Shown here: piece after piece, positions 1 to 9,341 of the stretch | Layout of the letters: every line of letters starts with the position of its first letter | How positions within the stretch are numbered: position 1 is the first letter of the stretch | Assembly (NCBI GenBank): GCA_963664435.2 | Contig: CAXXKM010000001.1 | Coordinates: 1,344,001 to 1,408,000 of the forward strand | Reading direction: 5' to 3' | DNA length: 64,000 nucleotides | From: Longimicrobiales bacterium | Lineage (GTDB): Bacteria > Gemmatimonadota > Gemmatimonadetes > Longimicrobiales > Gaopeijiaceae | The notes under the pieces: model-generated | What the model was told of the DNA's origin: nothing | What the model saw: the letters and a program-made list of their open reading frames with translations, nothing else | Database searches by the model: none | Translations under genes and position numbers: made by a program

Positions 1-288
1 CAGCATCTCGCCCTCGTCGCCCTCGCCGGTCCCGATGGAAACGTCCGGCGCTTCCCCGACCCTCCAGCCGAGGCGCGAGCCCGGAGCGGGGCGGGTGTTC
101 TCGACGATCGCGACGCCGGCGCTGTCGCGGGCCTCGGAGATGAGGATCTGCGCCGCGTCCCGGTCGACGTCACAGCTCGCAAGCGATGCCAGGATGATCG
201 CTGGCACAGTGATGCCCAGTCCGGCCGGATGGCCCTTGTTGGTCCGCCAAGTGCCAGCCGGCTTCTGCCGTGTGCTTTCGGAGCGCAT
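1..288 (-). CDS. Lipoprotein, probable 6-bladed beta-propeller (partial, runs off window start)
   Basis: Manual translation MRSESTRQ...AIILASLASCDVD...RDSAGVAIVENTRP...WRVGEAPDVSIG; GAGGA RBS; lipobox LASC; RDSAG-IVEN N-terminus typical of Gemmatimonadota propellers. Not in the ORF track. Confidence 0.65.
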   Translation of the reverse strand, partial: MRSESTRQKPAGTWRTNKGHPAGLGITVPAIILASLASCDVDRDAAQILISEARDSAGVAIVENTRPAPGSRLGWRVGEAPDVSIGTGEGDEGEML

Positions 289-428
289 CGCTGTCCTCGG
301 TTGACAGGCAACAGCCATGATCCGTCAAGAAACGGGATAGCTGTCCCCGGAGCCCTTCTGATAAGATGCCCGGTCCTGTGTTGCGGTTGCCAGCGAGCCG
401 CTGTCATCCGCGTGGTGAATCGGTAGTC

Positions 429-876
429 TCAACTCGCCTTGGCGGGGGATTCGGTGTGTGCTGGGACCCGTCCCCACTTGGCAACCATCTCGGGGATGCG
501 CTCCCGGAGCTGGGCCCGGTACCACTGGTAGAGGATGGCTTCGCGGCGATCTCTATTGGTGCCCGGCCGCACCCGCATCTCCATCCAGGAATTGTTGTGC
601 AGGCCGATGCCAACGGGAGCGTGCGATTCGACGACATCCTTCTTCCCTTCGACCGTGACCTCTTCCGCGATGGCGAAGTGGTTAGCGACCGGGTTTTTCC
701 AGTCGATGAGGTCGACGGCGACGGTCTGTTCGCCGAGCCCGGGGCGGACTCTGGCACCATAGCGAAGGAGGCCGTAGACGTCGCGGTTGGCGTCGTACAG
801 GGTTCGGCCTCCGCCGAGACCGGCCGCTTTGTCCAGCTTGTCCAGTCCGGATCTCGAGCTCGCCGACCTTGGTCAC
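429..876 (-). pseudogene. hsdR: Type I RM HsdR N-terminal remnant fused to a YgjP/M48 metallopeptidase fragment
   Basis: GTG at 876 gives MTKVGELEIRT. A second frame gives LDKAAGLGGGRTLYDANRDVYGLLRYG...LIDWKNPVANHFAIAEEVTVEG (HsdR-like), running directly into MEMRVRPGTNRDRREAILYQWYRAQLRERIPEMVAKW (YgjP-like); TGA at 429-431. Confidence 0.7.
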
Positions 877-2513
877 GAGAGGCTCCCGGGGTCCGATTCT
901 CCGTCAGGGTCGGGCTCTGACCCGGAATCTCCCAGCACCTTCCAATACCCCCCCTTGTCGGGACCAACGCGCTCGACCTTACCACCCTCGCGCAGCTTGT
1001 CCAGCCGGTATCGGATGGTGGACCGGGTGGTGCCGAGAGCAGCGGCCATTTCACGTCGGCTCGTGGATGGGTTCTGGCGGAGCAGAGTGAGGATGCGGTC
1101 GTAGAGGGACCGGGGTTCTGGTTGTTTTCTGGATGATCCGTGCCGTTCCTAGTCTTTTTTTGGCTGTTTTCTGGCTGTTTCCTGGCTGTGCTTCCCCGGC
1201 GGTCCGCTCGTCTTCGGCGCAAGCGTCGTTCTCGTCGTCATCGTCTGCTACATCGAGAACGTCAACGACCATCCAGCGTCCTCCCCGGTCCGGCCCAACA
1301 CGACGTAATGCACCTGACCTCTTGAGCTTGTCGAGATGATATCTGACACTTCCCTCGGTGGCGCCTTCAAGCGCCTCAGCGATTTCGCGGCGGCTGGCGG
1401 ACGGGTTCACCCGCAGGAATGAGACGATCCGGTCGGCCAAGTTCTGACTGGAGTCGTCCCCCTCTGGTTGTTTTCTGGTCGTCTTCTGGCAGTTTTCTGG
1501 CAGAACCAGATCTTTGGGTTGCTTCCTGGGTGGCACCGTCGCCTGCGAACCCGCGAGCAGCGGAATCGGCCTCCTGGTAGGCTTCGGAAAACGGAAACCG
1601 CACCCACACACCATTGCCGCCCGCTTCCAGCCGCCAGCTTGGCGTCGGGTTGCCCACCTCGTGACAAATGTCCACGATCCGGCGTATGCCTCGACCCCAC
1701 GCTTCGATCATTCCGGCTCGAAAGAATGCGTATGCCACTCGGGGATTATGCGGTCGTGAAGAGAGCTCCTCGGCGAGTTGGTCCGTGACCCAATCGGGGG
1801 GCAGGTGGGCCGCGTTCCACATCGAGATTCGGTCATCGTACACGCGAATCTGAATCGGGGTGGCACTGGCATAGTCCCGGTGAATGATGGCGTTGATCAC
1901 CGCCTCTCTCATGGCCTCGCGCGGCACGGGGAAGGTCTCGACGCGGTAGAGGCCATCGTACGAGATCAAGGCCCGCGTGTACTTCGTGTACAACAGATCC
2001 ATCGTCCGCTTGACCTGCGTGAACAGGTCTCCCTCGACAACATCCTGAAACAGCAACTCCGAGCCACGGAAGTAGCCGATCTTGACGACGGCCTCCATGA
2101 GAAACTTGTGAGGCGCAGGATGAAAGAGCAGGAGTACGGCCGTGCTTTTGAAGCAGGAGGCGGGTCAGGGCAGCTCCCTCCAGCACCTGCTTTGTGCTCC
2201 CGGTGCGATAGTGGAACTTCCCCCGGTAGCTGATCGGGTTCGGATGGGGCTCGACCACGATCTCCAAGTACTCCAAGCCGGATTCCGACTGCAGGTTCAC
2301 CTCGACGACGATGCCGAGCAGCGACTGCACCTTGTTGGGGATCTCCTCGAGGAGCCGATCAACATCGCTCACCCCGACGACCTCCCAGCAGTCGTTCCTG
2401 CCGATCTCGAGGACGCCGCCCTGGGCGTTGGCGAATCCGCAGATCCACTTCAGGTACTCGTCGCGCCAGGACGACTTCCACTCGACGATTTGGGACTCAG
2501 GCGTCATGAGCAT
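873..2513 (-). pseudogene. Schlafen/AlbA_2 + HATPase_c_4 + two wHTH domain protein, in four frameshifted pieces
   Basis: ESQIVEWKSSWRDEYLKWICGFANAQGG (AlbA_2); REAVINAIIHRDY and SRPHNPRVAYAFFRAGMIEAWGRG (HATPase_c_4); wHTH copies LADRIVSFLRVNPSASRREIA...RVGPDRGGRW and LYDRILTLLRQNPSTSRREMA...RVGPDKGGYW. Stop overlaps the hsdR GTG (GTGA). Confidence 0.8.
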
Positions 2514-2549
2514 GGTCCGGTTTGCGGCTTGGTGACCACGCGACGTGGC

Positions 2550-4196
2550 TCAACTCACGCTCTTCGCGTGTCTTGGGTAGAGGTTGCTCAAATGCCGGTT
2601 CGCGGCCCGGGCGAGTAGAGTCCGGCGGGCTTCCAGGAACGCAAGGAAGTTGTCTACCTTCCAAAGCTTCTCGTCCATGGGGATCCACTGGGACTCCAGA
2701 ACCCGCGGATGTTGCTCACGCAGGAGCGGGAAATAGCCGTAGCGGCCGATGCGGCGACGGATGGGGTCACTAGTGTCCTTGACGTAGGGGGATGGCTCGG
2801 CGGGACAAGCCCCACCAATCCAGTTGTTGCACCCAGGCGCCAGGAAGCAGAGGTTCCCCAGAGCGTTGACTTGCTGTCGCGAGTACCCGGCAGCATAGAG
2901 TACCGCCTTCGGGAAGATGGGATGGACCTCCAGTGGGACATCGCCGTCCGGAATGCTCGCCGGAAGGTCGACTCCACTGCAGAAATCCCTCGCGCCGCCC
3001 ACGCGCGACAGCCAGTAGAGGATTGGATAGAGACGGGCCCCGATCGACCAAGAGTCGAAGTCGGCGGGCTCTACTTGCCGCCGACCCCACTTGGTTCCTA
3101 TGTCTCCGATCAACCGCTCAATCCCTTCCATGGTACCGTCCACCGACGCCAGGTCTTGCTTGATGGCGGTCTCGGTCGAAGCGGAGAAGCGACCCCGCAT
3201 CCCGGCCTGCAGAAACCAGTAGAGGAGCGAATCCCACTCCCACTCGCCACCTGGTCCCGGCCTGCACAACTCCAAATGGCGAACCATGACCGGCAACGCA
3301 TAGCGTCCGAACAGAACTCGGTCATGGTCCAGCCGTAGCCAGTGGTAGATGTGTTCCAGGCAATGGCCCACATGATGGAAAGTGCGCTCCAGGCTGGCTC
3401 GTACCTCTTCGCGCGGAGCATCATGGAGGTGGTGAAAACCAGCCTCTCCGTTTGCGACCGCGTTCACACACCGAAGCAGCCAGTCGTTGGTGAAGCTGAA
3501 TCCGTAATGGATTCGCCATATCTTCAGGCAACTCCGCATCTCCCCCCTTACATTCGGGCACTTGGCGGCGATCCTCGCCAGCGCAAGATCACCGCTCGAC
3601 AACTTGGTGCCCGAGCTGTTCAGGCGGTTGAATATGTCCAAGACCGTGTCGTCGCTATGGCCCTCATCGGTTATCTGCTCGATGTGCAGGTCTATGCCGG
3701 TTACACCGAGTAGATGAAGCAAGCGGTTGTTGATCGTGATGAAATCGATGGGGTCAAGCTTCTCCCCCGGGGCGCCCAGCTTCTCGGCCAACAAACCGGC
3801 GAGTCCGCTAACCCCACCCTTCATTACTCTGGTCACGTCGAACCAGAGTGGATCTTCCTTCATCTTGGTGGACTGGGAGAACTCGAACCGCTCCTCTCCG
3901 GCGTGGAAATACAGATTGGAGAAAGACTTGTCATCTCCGTCGAAGAAGTCCGGTGCCTCGCCCTTGATTACCCCGTACAGCGAAGTCACCCGCTGGTGGC
4001 CGTCCAGCAGGAGCTCGGTAGTCCCACCACGCTCAAGCGAGGTGGTCCAGGTCAGCAGGCTCCCCACCGGGAATCTTCGGTAGAGTGAGTCGAAGAGCTC
4101 GCGCACCTGCCTCCGCTTCCACACGTACCCGCGCTGAAAGGCGGGGAGGGCAATATTGCCCGTTGTGACCCTGGCGAGGATGCCGGCTATCTGCAT
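2550..4196 (-). CDS. DUF262/DUF1524 GmrSD-like type IV restriction protein, possibly inactive
   Basis: LPAFQRGYVW, LLDGHQRVTSL, IFNRLNSSGTKL, C-terminal LEVHPIFP...NALGNLCFL...N; AGGAG RBS before ATG 4196. Confidence 0.85.
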   Translation of the reverse strand: MQIAGILARVTTGNIALPAFQRGYVWKRRQVRELFDSLYRRFPVGSLLTWTTSLERGGTTELLLDGHQRVTSLYGVIKGEAPDFFDGDDKSFSNLYFHAGEERFEFSQSTKMKEDPLWFDVTRVMKGGVSGLAGLLAEKLGAPGEKLDPIDFITINNRLLHLLGVTGIDLHIEQITDEGHSDDTVLDIFNRLNSSGTKLSSGDLALARIAAKCPNVRGEMRSCLKIWRIHYGFSFTNDWLLRCVNAVANGEAGFHHLHDAPREEVRASLERTFHHVGHCLEHIYHWLRLDHDRVLFGRYALPVMVRHLELCRPGPGGEWEWDSLLYWFLQAGMRGRFSASTETAIKQDLASVDGTMEGIERLIGDIGTKWGRRQVEPADFDSWSIGARLYPILYWLSRVGGARDFCSGVDLPASIPDGDVPLEVHPIFPKAVLYAAGYSRQQVNALGNLCFLAPGCNNWIGGACPAEPSPYVKDTSDPIRRRIGRYGYFPLLREQHPRVLESQWIPMDEKLWKVDNFLAFLEARRTLLARAANRHLSNLYPRHAKSVS

Positions 4197-4367
4197 GCAA
4201 TTACTCCTGTCTTGGTCACGGCGAGTCTGCCATGTTCCGATTGTCACCCGGCGGGGTGGCCCGGTCAAGAGTCGAGCCTGCCCTTGGGCACGCCCTGTTT
4301 CGGAGTCGTGTTGTCCGGTCTATCATTCTCGGACCGTCGCCTCTCGCCAATCGTTTCAAGCCCCGCC

Positions 4368-5189
4368 GTGCACCAACCCCGACCCCTCCTCGAACTCACC
4401 AACCTCACCCTCCGCTTCGGGGGCGTGACCGCGCTCTCCGGTCTCGGCATGGAGGTGCGCGAGGGTGAACTCCTTGCGCTGATCGGGCCCAACGGGGCGG
4501 GCAAGACCAGCGTTCTGAATTGCATCTCCGGGCTCTACCGGCCGCGGGAAGGGAGCATCACCCTGACCGGCCGCGACGGGACCCGGCACGCTCTCCACCG
4601 CCTGTCCCCGCACCGCATCGCAGCGCTCGGGGTCGCGCGCACCTTCCAGAACATCGAGCTGTTCAAGCACATGACCGTGCTCGATAACCTGATGCTGGGC
4701 CGGCACGTGCACATGAAGGGAGGGGTGCTCAGCGGAGGACTCTACCTGGGCCGCCAGCGCCGCCGCGAAATCGAGCACCGGCGCTACGTGGAGGAAGTCA
4801 TCGACTTCATGAACCTCGAGCCGCTGCGGAGCTCGGTGGTCGGGAACCTGGCATACGGGAATCAGCGGCTGGTCGAGATGGCGCGCGCGCTGGCGCTCGA
4901 CCCGCACATTCTGCTGCTGGACGAGCCCACGGCCGGGATGAACGCGGAGGAGAAGGAGTCGATGGCGCGCTTCATCCTCGACGTGCACGAGGAGCGGGGC
5001 ATCACCGTGGTGGTCATCGATCACGACATCGACGTGATCATGGACATCTCGGACCGGGTCGTGGTGCTCGACTTCGGACAGCGGATCGCGCAGGGAACGC
5101 CGGAGGAGGTGCGGAACCATCCGGCGGTGATCGACGCCTATCTGGGACGGGCGCGGGGAGAGAGCGAACCCGTCCCGGTCACACCCTAA
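4368..5189 (+). CDS. Branched-chain amino acid-type ABC transporter ATP-binding protein (LivG-like)
   Basis: GPNGAGKTS, RTFQNIELF, LAYGNQRLVEMARAL, LLLDEP, DAYLG. Start approximate. Confidence 0.9.
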   Translation: MHQPRPLLELTNLTLRFGGVTALSGLGMEVREGELLALIGPNGAGKTSVLNCISGLYRPREGSITLTGRDGTRHALHRLSPHRIAALGVARTFQNIELFKHMTVLDNLMLGRHVHMKGGVLSGGLYLGRQRRREIEHRRYVEEVIDFMNLEPLRSSVVGNLAYGNQRLVEMARALALDPHILLLDEPTAGMNAEEKESMARFILDVHEERGITVVVIDHDIDVIMDISDRVVVLDFGQRIAQGTPEEVRNHPAVIDAYLGRARGESEPVPVTP

Positions 5190-5201
5190 CGTAACGGCGG
5201 A
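5183..5201 (+). repeat. Left terminal inverted repeat (core-type site)
   Basis: ACCCTAACGTAACGGCGGA vs reverse complement of 14762-14780, ACCCTGACGTTACGGCGGA. Confidence 0.75.
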
Positions 5202-5292
5202 AGCGGTTGGGATTCTATCTTGTGCGCTCACTTGACCTTACAGGATTGACAGGTCGGATTCCCGCCACTTGACTCCCGCCGATTCGCGAGCC

Positions 5293-6453
5293 TCAGCCGC
5301 GAGGTCTCCGGCGGGCTTCCAGTGCCTTCCGAAGCTGTCCCTCGTCGGCTCGCTGATAACACTGAAGCACCGTCTTGGCGGTCTTCCAGCCGCCAAGTTC
5401 GCAGAGCACCTTCAGCGGCTGGTCCATGAGATCGGACGCAAACTTCCGCCTCAAGGAGTGCCAGCCCCTCCCGCGCTTGGGTTCGAGCCCGCCCAGCCTC
5501 TGTGCTCTGTACCACCAAGCTCGCACCAACGACCGGCCCGCGCACTTCGAGGCATCCCTCGGTGCGGGCAGCACCGGAGTGTCGTCAAGTCCCGAAGTCC
5601 TCTCCCGAGCCTCTTCAAGGACGGCCAACGCCTCGATTGTCACCGGCGTCCGATGCTCGTATCCGGTCTTCTCGTGCTCCGCCCGCCACCGCACCACTCC
5701 GCCTTCGAGGTCGATATCCGACCACTGTAGGTGGCGGATGGCCCCGATTCGGTGTCCCGTCTCGTGCGCGAGCACGAGTGCGACGTGGAAGCGCCAATCG
5801 ACCTGCCGGGACACCCCGAGAAGCGCTTGGTACTCCTCCTCGGAGAGGACGACCCGAGTGGGGTTCTTCTCCGTGGGCGTCTTGAGACCCCTCAGCGGAT
5901 TCGACGCGAGAAGGAGCTTGCCCCGCTCGTCCCTGGACTTGGCAGCCCAGTTGAGCGCGGCGATCAGGAACTTCAGGTCGTGCTCGACGGTCCGGTCGGC
6001 CACCGGCCTGCCGCTTGGGCCGACCCTGCCCGACCGCCTGGCCCGGATGAATCGGTCCCAATCCCGTTGTGACAGGGTGGCCGGGTCGCGGTTCCGTCCG
6101 AAGAACCGGAGGAACATCCGCGTCGCCGCCCGGTCGGCCCGCTGGGACGCCTCCGCCTTCGTGGGCGTCACCTCCTCACCGTAGATTTCAAACAGCTTGT
6201 CCAGCGTGAGCGGCTCGGGCTCGGCCTCCGCCTTGCCGTCGGGCGCGTCGATGAAGCCTGCGGCGAATTCGTCCGCCTGCTTCTTCGCGCGTCTCCATTC
6301 GCGATGTTGGAGCGACCGGCTCAGCCTGCGCCCGTTCTCGCGCCACTCGATCTGGAACATGCCGGTCTTCGGATCCGGAAACACCCGGACCCGGTTCCGG
6401 CCCCATTCACCGGCGCCGTAGCTCCGGCGCTTTCGTTTCGTGCGTGCCATCAT
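5293..6453 (-). CDS. Site-specific tyrosine recombinase/integrase
   Basis: Catalytic pattern HETGHRIGAI (R), EHEKTG (K), WHSLRRKF (HxxR), LGGWKT (W), CYQ (Y); N-terminal arm-binding-like region; GAGGA RBS. Confidence 0.93.
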   Translation of the reverse strand: MMARTKRKRRSYGAGEWGRNRVRVFPDPKTGMFQIEWRENGRRLSRSLQHREWRRAKKQADEFAAGFIDAPDGKAEAEPEPLTLDKLFEIYGEEVTPTKAEASQRADRAATRMFLRFFGRNRDPATLSQRDWDRFIRARRSGRVGPSGRPVADRTVEHDLKFLIAALNWAAKSRDERGKLLLASNPLRGLKTPTEKNPTRVVLSEEEYQALLGVSRQVDWRFHVALVLAHETGHRIGAIRHLQWSDIDLEGGVVRWRAEHEKTGYEHRTPVTIEALAVLEEARERTSGLDDTPVLPAPRDASKCAGRSLVRAWWYRAQRLGGLEPKRGRGWHSLRRKFASDLMDQPLKVLCELGGWKTAKTVLQCYQRADEGQLRKALEARRRPRG

Positions 6454-6916
6454 TCGATTCCTCGCGTGATGGACTGCACGATCTGCGCGAAGGAAACTTC
6501 GCACACGGCAGGCTTCTTGACCAGCGTGGGGAGATGCTCTCCCAAGCCGATCCGAAGGGTGGATTCCGTGCGGTTCGGGGCCGTAGCGCGGGTGTCCGCT
6601 CGACATCGGGGGCGACCGGACACGGAATCTCGTTTCCGACGGACAAGCCGCCGGTCCGCCACGTCGTTGGACGGCTCTCAGTTACGCCCCGTCCGGGCGA
6701 GCGGCCGTGACGCGCGGGTGCTGGCGAGCGTGGCCGGAGCGACCCGCCCATGCTGAATCGGAAAGTGACTCACATTCGTTGGCAGGTTCCGCTTGGCTGC
6801 GTTGGTACGCGACTGGCGACACCGCTCTCTACTCCTCTCCTTTCGGATGTCTCAGGTGGTTATCGTACTCGGACACTCTGTCGCTTGATACCTCACAACC
6901 TCGTTCTGCGCTATCC

Positions 6917-7138
6917 ATGACCATTCCACGCCACACTTCCGACGATCCGCACCGATCCGCCCCGAGGCGGGACGATGAACAACTCAATCTCTTCGGGGAG
7001 TCGGCGAAAGAACGGCTATCGCCCATCGCCGAGAAGGACCGTTTGCGCATCTTGGGAGCACCGGACCGGACGGAAGAAGAAGAGGGTCCGGACACCTCGG
7101 CGTGGCTAAAGCGTTCGTCTCGCCATCCGCACGAGTAA
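6917..7138 (+). CDS. Small hypothetical protein with QLNLF motif
   Basis: 73 aa, MTIPRHTSDD...DDEQLNLFGE...; no clear RBS. Confidence 0.35.
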   Translation: MTIPRHTSDDPHRSAPRRDDEQLNLFGESAKERLSPIAEKDRLRILGAPDRTEEEEGPDTSAWLKRSSRHPHE

Positions 7139-7203
7139 CAACATCTCGCCAAACGGTATCAACGATGCCTCGATCGGGTGGCGGAGGCGAACCGTCCCGC
7201 GGA

Positions 7204-7347
7204 ATGGAGACGCGGATGCCGGAGTTCTCATCGAGTCGGGAGTGGCACCTGTGGGCATGGGCGCTGGTCGTGGTCGTGGCGACCTACTCGACGGCCGATC
7301 TGGCCCGGATGCTGGCCGATGCCCCGCGTGAGGGCTGCTCGGGTTGA
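7204..7347 (+). pseudogene. N-terminal fragment of a membrane protein (VanZ-like)
   Basis: FSSSREWHLWAWALVVVVATYSTADLARMLADA, then early stop. Confidence 0.3.
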
Positions 7348-7798
7348 CCTCCGACGTGTTCATGAGACGGTTGGTCGGACTCGGGACGGGCGTCCGGTGC
7401 CGTGCGAGGGCCGCACATGTGAAACAGACCCCTATGTGCGCGAAACCCCGGTTCGGACGTGCACATCGGCGACTGCGTATGTCGTTGTCCGGATTGTGGT
7501 TGCTCCACGGCCTCGGGGGCGGCTGCGCCGCGCCGGAAACGGAGGCCGTGGTCGGAGCGACCCACCTTTTTCGATGCCTGCCGTGGCATCTGGGGAGGTT
7601 GGGATGTGCACTCCATCCCAACCTCCGCGGCGGGTCGCTCCGGGCCAGCAATCCCATGCGGGAAGGCCAAACGGCGAGCCGGAACGGGCGCGTCCCGGCC
7701 TTGGCCGCCGATGCCGGACAGCCCGGCGGCCAGATGGTCGGGCAACGGGTCCTCCAGCGCCTCGAAGCGGCGCTCGACACCCTTCCGGGACGGACTGT

Positions 7799-7901
7799 TG
7801 GCTGGGAGTGACCCCGCAGCGGCGGGGGGGATGGGGCTGTCCGGCTCCATCCCCCTTGGCGCCAATCGAGGTTTGCCGAGATGGGGGGTCACTCCCAGCC
7901 A
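7799..7901. repeat. Nested inverted repeat / long stem-loop
   Basis: Perfect 17-bp IR TGGCTGGGAGTGACCCC...GGGGTCACTCCCAGCCA enclosing an inner GGGGGATGG...CCATCCCCC hairpin. Confidence 0.75.
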
Positions 7902-8334
7902 CGTCCAAGGAGCGCAGACTGGCGTCGGCGCTCCGCTGGCCGTGGTGCAACCGCAAGCGCACCAGCGACATGGACGGCCGGGGCCGTGTCCGGCCGAACG
8001 GCGATTCCGTGTCCGGCGACCCCCAAAGTGAGCCGGACACGCAGGACTTGCCACCAACACCGGCATCCGGCGGTCAAAACGGATCCCCCGACAGACGGCT
8101 CGACGCCACCACGGGGAGGACGTTGGAGGTAGAGACGCCGTCGGGGTACGCCTTCGCCTCGGCGACAACCCTGTTGGCGGACTTGCTCGCCGATACGCGG
8201 GCGGTGACGACGGTCGGTGCGGCGCTCAGGCATCACGCCGCACCGACACGGGGAAAGGGGGCGGCGCCCCCCATGCGCGACCTCCAAGGGTGCGCGATTC
8301 TCGGGGGGATCGAAGGGGGGCAGGGCCACCCCTC

Positions 8335-8368
8335 GCCAGCCCCGGTGTATTACACTGGGTAGGCTGGC
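8335..8368. other. Putative oriT-like palindrome
   Basis: GCCAGCC-CCGGTGTATTACACTGGG-TA-GGCTGGC; core resembles the MOBV (pMV158-type) nic context GTGTG/TTATAC. Confidence 0.4.
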
Positions 8369-8503
8369 TTGACGGCCTTACGGCGTCCGACAAGCCCGTC
8401 CGCGCAGCCGCACGCAGCCCGACTCAACGCGCCGCATCGGCTCCCTTCGACATGCCCACGCGCCCCGGCGTGGGTTTCCTCCGCCGTCAAGCGGCCGGGA
8501 CCT

Positions 8504-8520
8504 TGCTTGCAACGCAAGCA
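8504..8520. promoter_or_regulatory. Probable TA autoregulatory operator
   Basis: TGCTTGC-AAC-GCAAGCA palindrome 37 bp upstream of the RHH antitoxin. Confidence 0.6.
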
Positions 8521-8557
8521 TGGGTCTAGCTTTGTTGCCGCGCAAGGAGGCACAGCC

Positions 8558-8800
8558 ATGGCAAGCATCACGATCCGCAACCTCGACGACGACATACGGA
8601 CCCTCCTGCGGGTGCGGGCGGCCGGTAACGGCCATTCGATGGAGGAGGAGGTGAGACAGATCCTTCGCAAGGCCGTCGGGCGCGCGAAGAGATCCCGGGA
8701 CCTGACGAGCATCATTCGCTCCCACTTCGGGCCGGAAGGCGGGGTGGACCTGGAATTGCCCGAGCGCGATCCGGCGCGTGAGCCGCCGTCCTTCGAATAA
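8558..8800 (+). CDS. FitA-like ribbon-helix-helix antitoxin
   Basis: MASITIRNLDDD...LRVRAAGNGHSMEEEVRQIL; AAGGAGG RBS. Confidence 0.9.
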   Translation: MASITIRNLDDDIRTLLRVRAAGNGHSMEEEVRQILRKAVGRAKRSRDLTSIIRSHFGPEGGVDLELPERDPAREPPSFE

Positions 8801-8812
8801 GTCCGGGGAGCC

Positions 8813-9238
8813 ATGGCCACGCTGCTCGACACCAACGTCGTCTCCGAACTGATGCGCGAGTCTCCCGAACCAGTCGTCGCGCGCTGGGTCTCGGGCCATC
8901 CCTTGGAGGACCTGTTCCTGTCGGCCGTGAGCGAAGCGGAGTTGCGCTACGGTACCGCCATCCTCCCGTTGGGTCGGCGCCGCGAGACGCTCCTCTTCAA
9001 GATCGAGGCGATGCTGAGCGACGCCTTCGAGGACCGGGTGCTCCCGTTCGACAGCGATGCGGCTCGTGCCTACGGCCCCATCGCCGCCGCGCGCCGCTCC
9101 GCCGGGCGTCCCGTGGCTTCGGCGGATTGCCAGATCGCGGCAATCGCGGCGGCTCGCCGCATGAGGCTGGCGACGCGCAATGTTCGCGATTTCGAGGACA
9201 TGGGGATCGAGATCGTGGACCCTTGGTCCGGGGCATGA
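8813..9238 (+). CDS. vapC: VapC/FitB PIN-domain toxin
   Basis: LLDTNVVSELMR, ELRYG, DCQIAAIA, LATRNVRDF. Confidence 0.93.
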   Translation: MATLLDTNVVSELMRESPEPVVARWVSGHPLEDLFLSAVSEAELRYGTAILPLGRRRETLLFKIEAMLSDAFEDRVLPFDSDAARAYGPIAAARRSAGRPVASADCQIAAIAAARRMRLATRNVRDFEDMGIEIVDPWSGA

Positions 9239-9341
9239 GCGCCTCCGCCTCTGGAGGCGCGACAACCGGGGGAGGGCTTCCCTGAATCGCCCAAGCACCA
9301 CGCGGTCGTTCCGGGGGCTTTCCGTCCGATCTGGAAGAAGG

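Noticed and set aside
5183..5201. Chromosomal dif site or integron attC
   Set aside because: Only a TTACGTTA XerD-like half; no XerC arm and no cassette array.
7178..8362. Relaxase or Rep gene within the element
   Set aside because: No HUH/3H or catalytic Tyr motifs in any frame; the YAFASATTLLADLLAD stretch is too short to assign.
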